Assembly (NCBI RefSeq): GCF_001447785.1
Contig: NW_015173141.1
Coordinates: forward strand, 1 to 64,000
Source: Gekko japonicus
Lineage: Eukaryota
Length of the DNA: 64,000 nt
Reading direction: 5' to 3'
Shown here: one piece after another, positions 24,207 through 36,250 of the stretch
How the letters are laid out: every line of letters starts with the position of its first letter
Numbering within the stretch: position 1 is the first letter of the stretch
The notes under the pieces: model-generated
Told to the model about the DNA's origin: nothing
Databases searched by the model: none
What the model saw: only the letters and a program-made list of their open reading frames with translations
Translations under genes and position numbers: made by a program

Positions 24207-24385
24207 AGTGCTGTCAAGTCACACCTAACTTATGGAAACTACAGCAAGGGGCTTTCAAGGCAAGTGAGAAGCAGAGGGTGGTTTGCCCATTGCCTTCCTC
24301 TTTAGAGTCTTCCATGATGGTCTCCCATCCAAATACCAACCCTGCTTAGCTTCTGAGATCTGACAAGATTGGGTTATACTCAGGC
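24207..24385 (-). mobile_element. 5S rRNA-derived SINE
   Basis: Reverse complement of the same 5S head (ccctgcttagcttctgagatctgacaagattggg) and tail. Confidence 0.8.
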
Positions 24386-24617
24386 CCGTAGCCCGCGTGG
24401 GGCCCAGGGGGCTGGGGCCCTCCCCACTGGTTTTGCGGGGCCCCTCCCTCCCGATCCTCTGCTCCCCCTCCCCCCGCCCATCACCGCTGCCGCCGCCTCC
24501 GACATCCCGTGGGCTGCTGGGCCGTCCGGCTGCTCCGGGAGCGGATCGGCGGCGGTGGCAGCTTCTCGTGGGGATTCGAGCGTTGGTGCCGGCGTGCTGC
24601 ATGGGGAGGGGGCTCAC

Positions 24618-24693
24618 CTTCCAGAGAAAGGAGCGAAGGAGGACGAGGACCACGTGCACAGCAGAGGGCGAGGGAAGGCACACAGCCGCAGGT
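24618..24693 (-). other. Candidate non-coding 5' exon of host gene
   Basis: Strong donor GAAG|GTGAGC followed by GC-rich intron-like sequence. Possible acceptor ttttcctcacAG. Confidence 0.45.
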
Positions 24694-24711
24694 CTGTGAG
24701 GAAAACTTCTC

Positions 24712-25214
24712 GGTGACTGGCGTTAAAGTTGGGAGCGAGTGATTGGGCTGCTGCATTAATTAGTCTACTCTGGAGCCATCCTTCCTGAGCTGAGACAAAC
24801 GTGTGTAAACCGGAGGCTACACCACCACCACCCTGCGTTGGCTCTGCTCTCCTTCCTTGTAGGTGACTGGTGTTAAAGTTGGGAGCGAGCGATTGGGCTG
24901 CTGCATTAATTAGTCTACTCTGGAGCCATCCTTCCTGAGCTGAGACAAACGTGTGTAAACCGGAGGCTACACCACCACCACCCTGCGTTGGCTCTGCTCT
25001 CCTTCCTTGTAGGTGACTTGTGTTAAAGTTGGGAGCGAGCAATTGGGCTGCTGCATTAATTAATCTACTCTGGAGCTATCCTTCCTGAGCTGAGACAAAC
25101 GTGTGTAAACCGGAGGCTACACCCCCCACACACGTTGGCTCTGCTCTCCTTCCTTGTCGGTGACTGGTGTTAAAGTTGGGAGTGAGCGATTGGGCTGCTG
25201 CATTAATTAGTCTC
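24712..25214. repeat. 150-bp tandem repeat, about 3.4 copies
   Basis: Units start ggtgactgg at 24712, 24862, 25012 and 25159 and are near-identical. Confidence 0.95.
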
Positions 25215-25338
25215 CTTTCCATCGTGGAAGGTGAGCCCCCCCCCCACGCAGCACGCCACCACCGACAGCCATGAGTCCCGATGAGAAGCTGTCTATTGGA
25301 GGGGGGGAGCTTGGAGAGAGAGAGAAGGGGGGAGGGCA

Positions 25339-25395
25339 TTACGTCACTTCCGGGGTGATGTGTGTGTGGCGCGCGCGCTTTGCGTGCGCGCGCGC
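25339..25395. promoter_or_regulatory. Overlapping CRE-ETS motif plus NRF1-like GCGC tracts
   Basis: ttacgtcacttccgg (CCGGAAGTGACGTAA on the minus strand) and gcgcgcgcgc..tgcgtgcgcgcgcg. Confidence 0.75.
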
Positions 25396-28300
25396 CCACA
25401 CTCCAGCCTCCCCACTTTCCCCAGAGCCCTCCCACTAGGAAAGCTTTAGCTACGGCCCTGGTTATACTATGCCGCCTTTACTCCCTCAACTGTACGTACC
25501 CAAGACTTTCAGTAAAATCTTCCCATATTTCCAGTGCTTATTCAGGGATCATTGGGAAAATTAAAAGTATTCAGGTGTACAGGAAGAACAGCTATCACAT
25601 TGCTAACTGGCCAGGATCATGCATGAGACCAGTTCAGGAAACACTGTCCTCACTCAACGTTTGCTTTCTTTGCCATAATTAAAGTCAGAACAGAGCCAAA
25701 TCAGGTGTTCTGTGTAGTGCCTTGATATTTACTCTGTGATTCCTAGTTGTATGGGATCACTCCATGAAGAAACTGTGCAACAAAAGAAGAGAAATGGCAA
25801 CAAAACAGCCACGGATTCAAGAAACAGTGGCAGTGAACAGGCACAAAAAATATGCGAATATGATCAGTCAAAGAGGCTTGGAAAAAATAGTTTGAAGCCC
25901 CCCAAAATACTGCTTTCATCCTGAAAACCAAAATGGGGGAACATTCATCACAGCCCTACTTACCACTAATCCTTATCAGGAGAATGAAGAATGCCATTTT
26001 TTTCATATCAGAAGATAAATACATCTCTAGAGAAAAAGGGATGAGAAAGGAAATCATCACTGAGACTTTTATAAAGCTAAATGATGTACTACAGTTGTAT
26101 GCTTGGAGAAAATGGGTCTGTATGCACTGATTAATTACCAGCTAAATGAAATATGCTGCCCTTAATATGTGATTTTTAGGTTCTTTGAAAGATGAAGTGT
26201 CATGCCTTAGGAAATCTGATTGGTTAGTTTTACAAGGGGCACAAATCACTAAACAAACCCTTTATTACAAAGGAGAAAACAGTTTTGCTTTCAGAATTTA
26301 AAGCAAACAACAAAGGTTTGCTTTCCAGTAAATAATCTTTGGCAACCCTAACCTGCTCATGCCCTCTTCTGCCCAATACCAGTGGGACTAGTTGTCAGAT
26401 ACCGTTCATCCCACAAAGCTATTACTCCTTCAGAGAAATTGCTTGAATGTGAAACATAGCCTTTTTTCCAATCAAAACCTGTTTGGAAAGGAAAGGGCAT
26501 CCTTTTGAACAACTCTGCATTTAAACAACAGGCTATTTTGAGCAGCAACAGTATGTTAAGTGAGTTGGTAGCTAACAGAGATTGTAAAAATGTCAAATCC
26601 TTGAGGTATATGCTGCTTTAAACCATAAAATCATGAAAAGTTTGTATGTAATAATGATTCCTCTGACTCTCTGTGTATAATGAGTAGGAATGCATTATTG
26701 TTAACTATTTTGATTTAAAATAGGCCTTGCTCTAGCAGCCAGACATGTTTGAATTTTGTTTCACTAAAAGCTCTGCAAATTCCCATACCAAGCCCGAGCT
26801 TAGTTATAAGCAACTGAGACATTTTAAAAAGGAATACTTTGGTAGTGAAAATTAAGAAACAGTCTGGGAACACTTGTGGGGGGGGGAAACTACTGCTATA
26901 ATGAACTTTCACTGTGGAAACCATTTTTTGTGAAACTGTGTTGTAAAACAAACCCATTCTTTAACATTTTAATCAAAGGGAGTGTGTAGCCACTTCCCAT
27001 GTTAATTCTCTGAAGATGCAGAGTCCTCAAGAATACGCTACTCAAGTCTTCAGGTTCATGAAAGTGGAACACAGCATACAAGAAATCAGAGGAGTATCAG
27101 GAAAATGACTTTTCTAATCCCACAGAGCAGGTTTACAAACTCTGAAATTTAAAAACTCTTTGGAAGCTCAAGTTCCACACATGCATGATGAATCTGATAT
27201 TACACCCCACAGTTTGATGTGGCCCTCAAGAGCACACTGGTGCCTTGCCAGATGACCTGGGAAACACTCAAACCATGATACATTTAAACTCAGCAGCCCA
27301 TCAACAGACACAGACCACTGAAACTTAACAAGCGTCCTGTTTGGTTAGTCATCTGGATCTGCAAAATTAAAAGGGGTCAGTTGGCAAGCACTTGGCAGCC
27401 CACAATGCATGGCTAGTTGTCTGTGTCTGGCTTAGTAAGTCACAAAATGTCCAGGCCTTGCTAAAAGTGAGAAGAGACATTATCTGAATGGTTGCTCATG
27501 TCTGTTCACATATTTGGATCTAAACAAAAAATATGGCACCGATTTACCAAGAGTCATTGGTTGAGGTTCAGGAGGGGGGCAAGGCAGAGAAAGCATGGGT
27601 TCAGAGTCTCATGCTGCCCACGGGCTTGGAGGGTCCCACTTTTGAGACCATCTTTTGGGGGGCAACCTTTACCTTGGCTTTCTGTTGGCTACATCATGAA
27701 CTGTTGGCTACATCATGCCATGATCACAGTGGGTGGGCTTTGGCCCTTGGGGATATTTCATTGCAGGGTTCCAAGCTCCATATTGTACAACATAGATCCA
27801 AAATGGGTCAGGGAAATGGCTCCCAGATCCTCTTTAGTTCCATGACTGCGTGCTCGCCCTGACCAGTACAGAGCACATCTGACAACCTTTCAGTGCAATC
27901 CCCAAGACTTTCTTCATGCATGCTGATGGGTCGTGCTTGTCTCATTTTCTCCAAATATTGGTTTCTATGGTTTACCTTCTGCCGCATTGCCTTCTTATCC
28001 TCCATAAATCCACAATAAAGATTGTTTTGCTCTGCATCAATACTACAGGTACTCTCAATCAGGTACTACTCAAAGATAGACATTTTGCAAGAAGGCAAAG
28101 CAATCCATTTGCCCCAGTGTGTAGAGAGTCATGGTGGTGTACCTAAGGTCCACAGAGTTCTAGCCTTACATCCCATATGCAAAGAATTAAAGCTGCCTTT
28201 GTTTGAGATATAAGTCATAACAACCCATCAAAAACAAAAGGAAAAGCCCACCTGGACCAAAAATGAACCTTAGATTAGGGATACACAATGAAAATGTTTA

Positions 28301-30619
28301 TCCAAATGGAAAATAATGATAGCAGCATCCCTAATATTCTGATGTAGCTGGGCTAATACTAACGCAAGAAAGCCAAATTTGTATAAACCATTTATTAGCA
28401 TTTGAAAGCAGAAAGTCTTTTTTCCCAGAATGCCTCTCTTCAACAATTGAGAGGAATGGGTCCCAATTTGCCGGATGGGACATTTGCACCCCACAGGGTG
28501 GATGACTTGCTGAGCAAAGCACCATCATTTTGGGGAGTGCTGGAATTTCCATGAGCCCTCCATGGCTTGCACAGGCCCCTGGGACTGTCCTCAGCCAGCC
28601 AGTCAAGGGGCTAGCCAGGCTAACGTCAGGGTGGGGCTAGGCAGGTGGACCTGAGGTGGCCAGTCTTTAGTCCAGTCCATCTGTGTGACCTCCCCAGTGC
28701 ACCTGGGCCATGTTCACCTTGACAGCATTCCCACCCAACTTTGGCTGCATGTGTTGCTCACTTACTCATTTGTACAGTTCTGTTGATAGCTTTTTCTATT
28801 GTCACAACTTGGTAGGAGGTTTTGGCACTGAGCAGGATCCTTCAGGGGGAAACTCAGCCTGTGCGCCCATCATCCCAGTTGGGAGTCTTGTAAATTTGCC
28901 AAGAAGTCCTATTAAGGGGCCTTGGGGGTGGAGGCTTGAAGAGGCACATCCACCTTGGGAGCTGCCAGGCTCTCATCTCCCCCAGGAGACAAGAGGATCA
29001 CACAGTGGCCTGTGTCCAGGTATTCCCATTTGTCTGCCATCCCAGGTTCTTTTTTCCCTCAGCAGGCAGTATGGGTTTTCATCAGGCCACAGACAGATCT
29101 CTCAGTGCCTTGGATCTATTGCCCTATGCCAAGTCAAACCTCTACAGCTCTAATCAATAAAGCTGTGGCCTGCTATATCAATATAAGGTGTTGTCTCTGG
29201 TTTCTGCCTTGCATTTAGCAACCCATTCATTAATGGGGCCACAAATATTATTTTATGCATTTTCAGTTATGGGATAATAAAACAAGTAATGTGGGATGTC
29301 CTCTAGCTCTTCTTCCCCTTGGATTCAGTGCCTTAAATTATATATTATAGTACCTTCCTTCTGAAATGGTATTACACATTCGCTAGAATCTAAAGAGATT
29401 AATCTCGTCAGCAGTGGTTAAATAATTTTCAAAAGCTTGTCGATACTGAAACGTGACACACCAAGGGGCTATCCTAGAGCTGCCCAGAAGGGTAGATCAT
29501 TCTGTATACAAACATCTCATACTCTGCTTTTGAATTCCAATTTGGCAGTAGATACCCTTGCTCCAGAGGAAAAAAGTCAACTGAAAAGCCAAAAGACTGA
29601 ACCATCTGTTCTACACCTTGAGACCAAAACATGTGACTAACTGAATAAGACTGCATGTGTTCCCTAAAGCAAATTTTAGGTAGTCTGTACTCAGATACGA
29701 ACATCAATATGATCCAGTAATTTAAATATGTAAAAGGATTCTCATTGTAACTGTCAAAACCCCAGTTCCTACTCTTCAAAAAATCTTAAGAAGTGCATTA
29801 GAGGGGGTGTGCAGAACCCCCATACACTCTGAGTTTCAGTTCAATTGACTGCTAGATAACATCTATACATATGCTAATAGCCCTGGTAGGAAAACCAACT
29901 AAGGAATTTGGTGCTAGGAAGTCTGCAGGCTATTCCTGGAGATTTCCCAGAATGCCTTCCAGGAGGGCTCCCAGGATACACCTGTGACCTGGGCGGACCA
30001 AATCAAGGGGGTGGAGAGAGTGATGTAAAGTGGGTGGAGACAGTGGGTTAAGAAAACTTCCTTGCAAGGGGAAGATGGCCTCTCTTCCTTGGAATGTTGC
30101 ACTGGGACCTAGCAGGACCCCCCCTCCCAAAAAAATGGCAGGTGGCAGCAGCGAGTTACCCTAGTGGAAGGAAGAAGTAACCCCCTCCAGGAGCTGGCAA
30201 TGCCAAGGAGGGGTGGGCAGAGCAGCATCTGCAAGTCAAAGCAGGTCTGTTCCATCACAGGGGGTATCCAGAAAAGTTTTCAAACTTGTATTCTAGAAAG
30301 TCTCATGCTCAGAAAGAAGAAGAGTTGGATTTATACTCCACTTTTCACTACCTGAAGGAATCTTGGAGTGGCTTACAATTGTATTCCCTTCTTCTCCCCA
30401 TAACAGAAAGACCCATGAAGGCCCATCTTGGTTTGATGATGAAATAAATCTCCCTTTTATAATATTATAACCTTTAAACTTCTGTTATTACGAGTCTTTT
30501 CTGGTTCTTACCAGGTAGGCTATTGTTGGCAATTCTTTCTCATTGTATTTCGAATTTATTGAATTGTACTGGTCAATGACTGTAATAATAATAAACTGAA
30601 CTGATAAACAGTCCCGTTG

Positions 30620-31410
30620 TACTTGATGGTGATAACTGCCATCTGCACCATAAGGCAATCTGAGGGCAGTTTGGGCAGGAGGGGCCTAAATGAATGGCCG
30701 CCTGCCAGTTAGCTGAAAGCCTGGTGGAACAGCTCTGTTTCACAGGCCCTGCAGAGCTGTAATAAATCCCTCAGGGCCCTGATCTAAATTGGGAGCATGT
30801 TCCACCAGATTGGGGCCAGGATGGAAAAAGCTCTGGCTCAAGTCGAGGCCAGGTGGGCATCCTTTGGGCTGGGGACTTCCAGTCAATGGTGCTCTGCTGA
30901 GCATAAAGCTTTCTGGGGCACATATAGGGAGAGACTGTCCTGCAGATATGTTGGTCCCTGGCTGCATAGGGCCTTAAAGGTTAACACCAACACCTTAAAC
31001 CAGACCTGGTACACAACTGGTAGCCAGTACAATTGACAGAGCACCGGCTGAATGCACACTCTCACAGACGTCATAGTCAGAAAGTGCCCCGCCACATTTT
31101 GCACCAGCTGGAGTTTCCAGGTCGGATTCAAGGGAAGACCCACACAGAGTAAGTTGCAGTGGTCTAAGCTGGAAGTGACCGTTGCATAGATCACTGTAGC
31201 CAAGTCCCGGGGGAGAGATAGGGAACTAGCTGCTGAAACAGTCGAAAATGGTAAAAGGCTGATTTGGCAGCACTGGTGACCTGGGTCTCCATAGTTAATG
31301 AGGTATCCAGTATCACTCCTAGACTCCTCACCCTTGGTTCTGGCACTAATGGTGCCCCACTAAGGGTTGGGCACTGGATTACCAAATCCACCCCCCACAA
31401 CTCAGGAACA
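30620..31410 (-). mobile_element. L2 LINE 3' fragment
   Basis: VRSLGVILDTSLTMETQV..SAFYHFR, ATVIYATVTSSLDHCNLLCVGLP..KLQLVQN, LYWLPV. Confidence 0.88.
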
Positions 31411-31924
31411 TGACCTGCTTGGCACCTATTATGGTGTGTGGGTGTAAATAATATATATCATGATATATAATATATCATCTGAAGGAAAGCCTTGTGGAGG
31501 TAATGCCTCCTCCTACCGAGCCACCTTTGGGTCACCTTTGAATGTGCTCCATTACCCTTTTTCCTGAAGGACTGGTGAGATACATATGCTGCTTGCTGTG
31601 TTCTGATTTTATTTTTCATGCTCTATGCTGCTTATGCTTTATGCTGCTTTAAGTGAAAGTAATGCTTCAGTATAGTCAAGGATATCTTAGGTTTTAGCTA
31701 AGTTACATGCTTTCAATGTTTTCTTCTGTACTGGAGTATGATCTGGAAATGTTGAATATGAATAAAAAATTAAATCCTTGTTAGAGTTTATGTATTAATA
31801 GAATCCCATAAAATGTATGGACCTGGTGTCCAAGTTCTTTTCTTTTCATGGAAGTATCTTTCCCAGAGAAAGATTCAAAAGATCCCTCTTGCAAGCACAG
31901 GCTTAGCCTGGAAATAACAGAGGT

Positions 31925-32665
31925 TAAAACTATGCTGGGAATTATAAGGAAGGGGATTGAAAACAAATCAGTCAGTATCATCATGCCCCTGTATAAATCT
32001 ATGGCGTGGCCTCATTTGGAATATTGTGTACAGTTCTGGTCACTGCACCTCAAAAAAGATATTATAACATTGGAAAAGGTGCAGAAAATGGGCAACTGAA
32101 ATGATTAAGGGGATGGAACATCTTCCCTATGAAGAAAGGTTAAAGAGGTTAGGGCTGTTTAGCTTGGAGAAATGATTGAAGGGTTACATGACAGAGGTTT
32201 ACAAAATTATGCATGGGATAGAGAAGTTAGAGAAAGAAGTGCTTTTCTCCCTTTCTTACAATACAAGAACTCATGGGCACTCAATGAAATTAATGAGCAG
32301 TAAGCTTAGAACAGATAAAAGGAAGTACTTCTTCACCCAAAGTGTAATTAACACATAGAATTCACTGCCTCATGAAGTGGTGGCAGCAACAAGCATAGAG
32401 AGCTTCAAGAGGGGGACTAGATAAACATATGGAACAGAAGTCCATCAGTGGCTATAAGCCACAAGGTATAGATGGAACACTATGTCTGGGGCAGTGATAC
32501 TCTGTATTCTTGGTGCTTGGGGGGCAACAGTGGGAGGGCTTCTGGAGTTCTGACCCCGTTGGTGTACTTCCTGATGGCACCTGTGTTTTGGCCACTCTGT
32601 GATACAGAGTTTTAGACTAGAAAGGCCATTGGCCTGATCCAGCATGGCTTCTCTTATCTTCTTAC
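31925..32665 (+). mobile_element. CR1 LINE 3' fragment (second subfamily)
   Basis: MLGIIRKGIENK..PLYKSM..PHLEYCVQFWSLHLKKD, with 3' UTR ending ttctcttatcttctta. Confidence 0.9.
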
Positions 32666-34185
32666 ATCCATAATTTCATCGGCAACTGGACCCATACCAG
32701 AAAACCACCCTAGTGTGGAAACAGTGCTGAATACAGGAATATCTTGATCTTTACATAAGCCTTTATCCTTCACAGAATTTCTGCGCAATTGTAATTTTGA
32801 AAATATCCTTTTTTGAAGAGAGTGGCATGATAGTAAACTCTTTGAATAACCTTAATATGCATCAAACTATTCAATCAATTTAACCAGCTACAGTGAGTGG
32901 TGTCTTTAAAGCAGGGTTGACACATTTTAAAAAAAAAAAGCTAATCCACTTGCTGATTTATCCTTATCACCTAAACCTATACTAAATCTTTCCTTCTTCC
33001 TGTATAGATCTTGCTTTAAGCATAGAATATTGTTGCTGTTAAATCCTCTCTCCCTTATCACTAAGAGGCATTCTTTGATGCAGTTATCCACCCTGGGTTT
33101 CTTGCTACACTTGTTTTACAATTTCCTCTCAAATCTGAGAAGACAAAGAGGTAACTAGAGGTGACTCAGCTACTGAATTTCACCTCAGCTCCCCAGGTCC
33201 ACTCTTAGGCTGTAATTGCAAAATACCCCACTGTCTCAACTCTGATAACTGGTTCTCAGCAAAAACTAAATTTCAGTAGCCCACAAATTAGGATTACTGT
33301 TATTAAATGTAAAATCAGCAGCACCCTCAGGTGCCATACTGAGTTCAAGGGTCACTTCTTTAGTAAGATATCTCACTTAAAAAAATAAACAGTGGGATTG
33401 ATGTCTGCTTCAGCTAAATAAGAGAATATACCCACTTGAATCAAAATGGAATGTATCTATCTGAATGAATGAGAAATAAAATTCAATTTGTCACTAGATT
33501 GAACATTTGATATTAAAGAACAGTCATCCGAATCATCGAAAGTAAAGAGCCATGAAACAGGCCAAGCAATATTGTTGAAAAACTTCTGCAAGGAGTGGCC
33601 AGAGTTTTATATATATATATATATATAAAAGCTGGTATATTAAATCATTAACATTTTTTATTTCCTTGAACTATTTCTGTGCCAAACTGCTGATGAGAAC
33701 ACATGGGGCTTCCAAAGGCTCCAGAACTGAGAGAGGAGTCCTATCTTCCACAATAAACGATTGATGTTTATCAAACTCAGGAAAATCCAATTATGGATGA
33801 TCACAAGGTGGATTTTTCAGATTTTTGCTTTTATTCCCTTGCATAGAAGGTGAACGTAATCTACAGGAATCCTGTGATTCTTCTGTCTAGAGATTACACT
33901 TTGCTCCCTTGTCTATCCAGTGTCTGAGATATTTGTGTGTCTGCATGCTGTGAGGGCATACTTTTGTTCTCCAGTGATCATGGGGTAAGTGTACACAGAT
34001 GTTTACTAAAGTCCTTCAGAGTTTACCAAGTGCAGGTACCTAAGAGTATTTTTAAGTCTGCAGACATGCATTTCTGTGATTCAAGGATCACTGAAAAAAC
34101 ACATCCAAGTTTTCAGAAAGATTCACTGATACTGTACCTTTCTAATATCACTTTAGAAAGTCCATGCGTGAATTCAAAAAATGAT

Positions 34186-34193
34186 TGATAGAT

Positions 34194-34233
<40 letters not shown>
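34186..34233. repeat. (GATA)n(GACA)n microsatellite
   Basis: Direct sequence. Confidence 0.9.
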
Positions 34234-34236
<3 letters not shown>

Positions 34237-34254
34237 ATCCATAGAAGCTGGAAT

Positions 34255-35605
34255 AAAGAAGAGCATTCTTCAGCCACCCCTCATAGGAAAGGTGCTCTAA
34301 AGCTTTGATCATCCTAGTTGAGTTATTCTGTATTTTTCCCAGATCTTCAATATCCTTTTTGAGATATGGAGACCAGAACTGTACACAGTAGTCTAAATTA
34401 GGTGGCACCATGTCTCTGTACAAGGAGATCACAGTATTGGCCATTTTATTCTCGATCCCTTTCCTAATAATCCTAAACCTAAATACACTTTTCATTGTTG
34501 ACATTTTCATCGAGCTATCCACTATCACCCTAAATTCTTTCTCAGTCTTGTTCGTAGCTAGTTCTCAGCATATCAGCATATATTTAAAATTAGGATTTTT
34601 TTGTTCCCATGTGGATTTCTTATACTTAGCAACATTAAACTTTATTTGCCACATTGTTGACCTCTCGCCCAATTTCAATAGATTCTCTTATAGCTCCTCA
34701 TAATCCAATTTGGTTTTCACTATCCTGAATAATTTGGTATCATCTCCAATCCTGACCACCAAAATCATTTTAAAATAAATTAAGTAGCACTGGTATTAAT
34801 AATGTTCTTTGTGGGACCTCAGTGTTCACTCTTCTCCATTGTGAGTACTATCCATTTATTCCTTTTCTCTCCTTTCTGTTGTTTAAACAATTTTTAATCC
34901 ATAAAAGGACTGGTCCTCTTATCCCATAATGACAAAGATTACCCCAATGTCTTTGATGAAAGCCTTTTACAAGTCCACATATATAATGTCTACCAGGTCA
35001 CCTTATCCATGTGATTATTAATATGCTCAAAGAACTCCAAAATGTTAGTGAGGCAGGATTTATCTTTGCAGAAGATTTTATGATTTTCCCTCAGCAGGCT
35101 TTGTTCCTAGATGTGATCAATATCTTTAATAATAGTTTCTACTAATTTACCTGGAACAGATGTTAGGCTAACTGGCTTGTAATTCCCTGGATCCCCTCTG
35201 GAACCCATTTTAAAAACTTGTGTGACATCTGCTTCTTCCCAGTCTTCTGGCACAGAGGCTGATTTTAGTGACAAGGTACATATCCTCATTCATAGATTAA
35301 CAATTTCATATTTGAGTTCTTTAAGAATCCTTGGATGTATGCCATCTGGACCTGCAGACCTATAGGTTTTCAGTTTGCTTAGTAGTACGAGAACTTCATC
35401 TCTCATCTCCACAATTTAACTCAGTTCTTTGGACACCCTTCCCAAATATAGTGACTCTAGTATGGGTACATGCTCTGCAGTTTCCACTCTAAGAACAGAT
35501 GCAAAAAAATTATTCAATTTCTCTGACATCTCCCTGTTTTAAGCAATCCTTTTATTCCTTTGTCATTCAAAGGCCCAACTGCCTCCCTAGCTGTTTTCCT
35601 GCTTT
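34255..35605 (-). mobile_element. Degenerate CR1 ORF2 (RT) with internal deletions
   Basis: VPEDWEEADVTQVFKMGSRGDPGNYKPVSLTSVPGK and LDYCVQFWSPYLKKD. Confidence 0.85.
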
Positions 35606-35873
35606 CATCTCTATCTCCATTCCTCACAGAGATATGCCTTTTTCCTTATATCTACATAAGGAAAAGTGATACAGATTTACATTGTTGTTTTTTAAAAAAT
35701 GAAAGCTGGGAATTCACAGAATTGGCTTAAACTATCATTAAACTATCATTTAAACTGGTATAATTGTTTGAATGATGTTTTTTTGAATGATGTGTGTTTG
35801 TTTGCTATTAGTGTTTTGAAGAAGAGGAATAAAAGAATAAATGAGATAGGAACATGGTCCCTAGGTTAGATAA

Positions 35874-36230
35874 TGTAATGTATTGAAATGATTACATGAA
35901 TCACCTCATAGGACTCCCATGTTAAGCTTCAAGCCAGACCAGGGCTCCTCTGAGCGAACTTCCTATTGGTCGCTTCGTAACAGCGACCAATCAGAACGAT
36001 ACCATTCCCTAGGAGGGAAAGACTCCCATTGGTCTTTATTCTAGCAATCTCATTGGTTGTTATTTGTAAATAGGCGTGGCTACATTAGCCCGGTTATGTT
36101 TAAAAGGAGCATAAGCTCCCACTGTTTTCTGTTCTGGTTTCTTACTGAGTTAGTGCTTGTTCGTTACTTCCAATAAAGCTGAATCACTTGCTGAATCACT
36201 GTACGAGTCCTTTGTTAGCGCGATCTAACA
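35874..36230 (+). repeat. 5' LTR of Mag element
   Basis: tgtaatg...ctaaca, several CCAAT/ATTGG boxes, tttaaaa TATA-like box, AATAAA. Confidence 0.97.
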
Positions 36231-36232
36231 AT

Positions 36233-36250
36233 TGGCGACGAAGGTGGGAT
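36233..36250 (+). promoter_or_regulatory. Primer binding site, tRNA-Ser(GCU) type
   Basis: TGGCGACGAAGGTGGGAT, 2 nt after the LTR, complementary to a tRNA-Ser 3' end ...ATCCCACCTTCGTCGCCA (tRNA sequence recalled, not searched). Confidence 0.85.

Larger units (their letters stand above)
24385..25420. promoter_or_regulatory. CpG island / host gene promoter region
   Basis: High GC and CpG density relative to the flanks, with ETS, CRE and NRF1-like motifs. Confidence 0.75.

Noticed and set aside
24712-25214. CRISPR-like array
   Set aside because: Contiguous 150-bp units with no unique spacers, eukaryotic context, no cas genes
24255-25435. Overlapping GC-rich ORFs in the CpG island, including the 50-aa repeat ORF
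   Set aside because: Expected from stop-poor GC-rich DNA and a 150-bp unit; no recognisable domain
27480-28260. Possible degenerate Harbinger Myb/SANT ORF on the minus strand
   Set aside because: Only faint motif resemblance (NHRN); unsupported without a profile search
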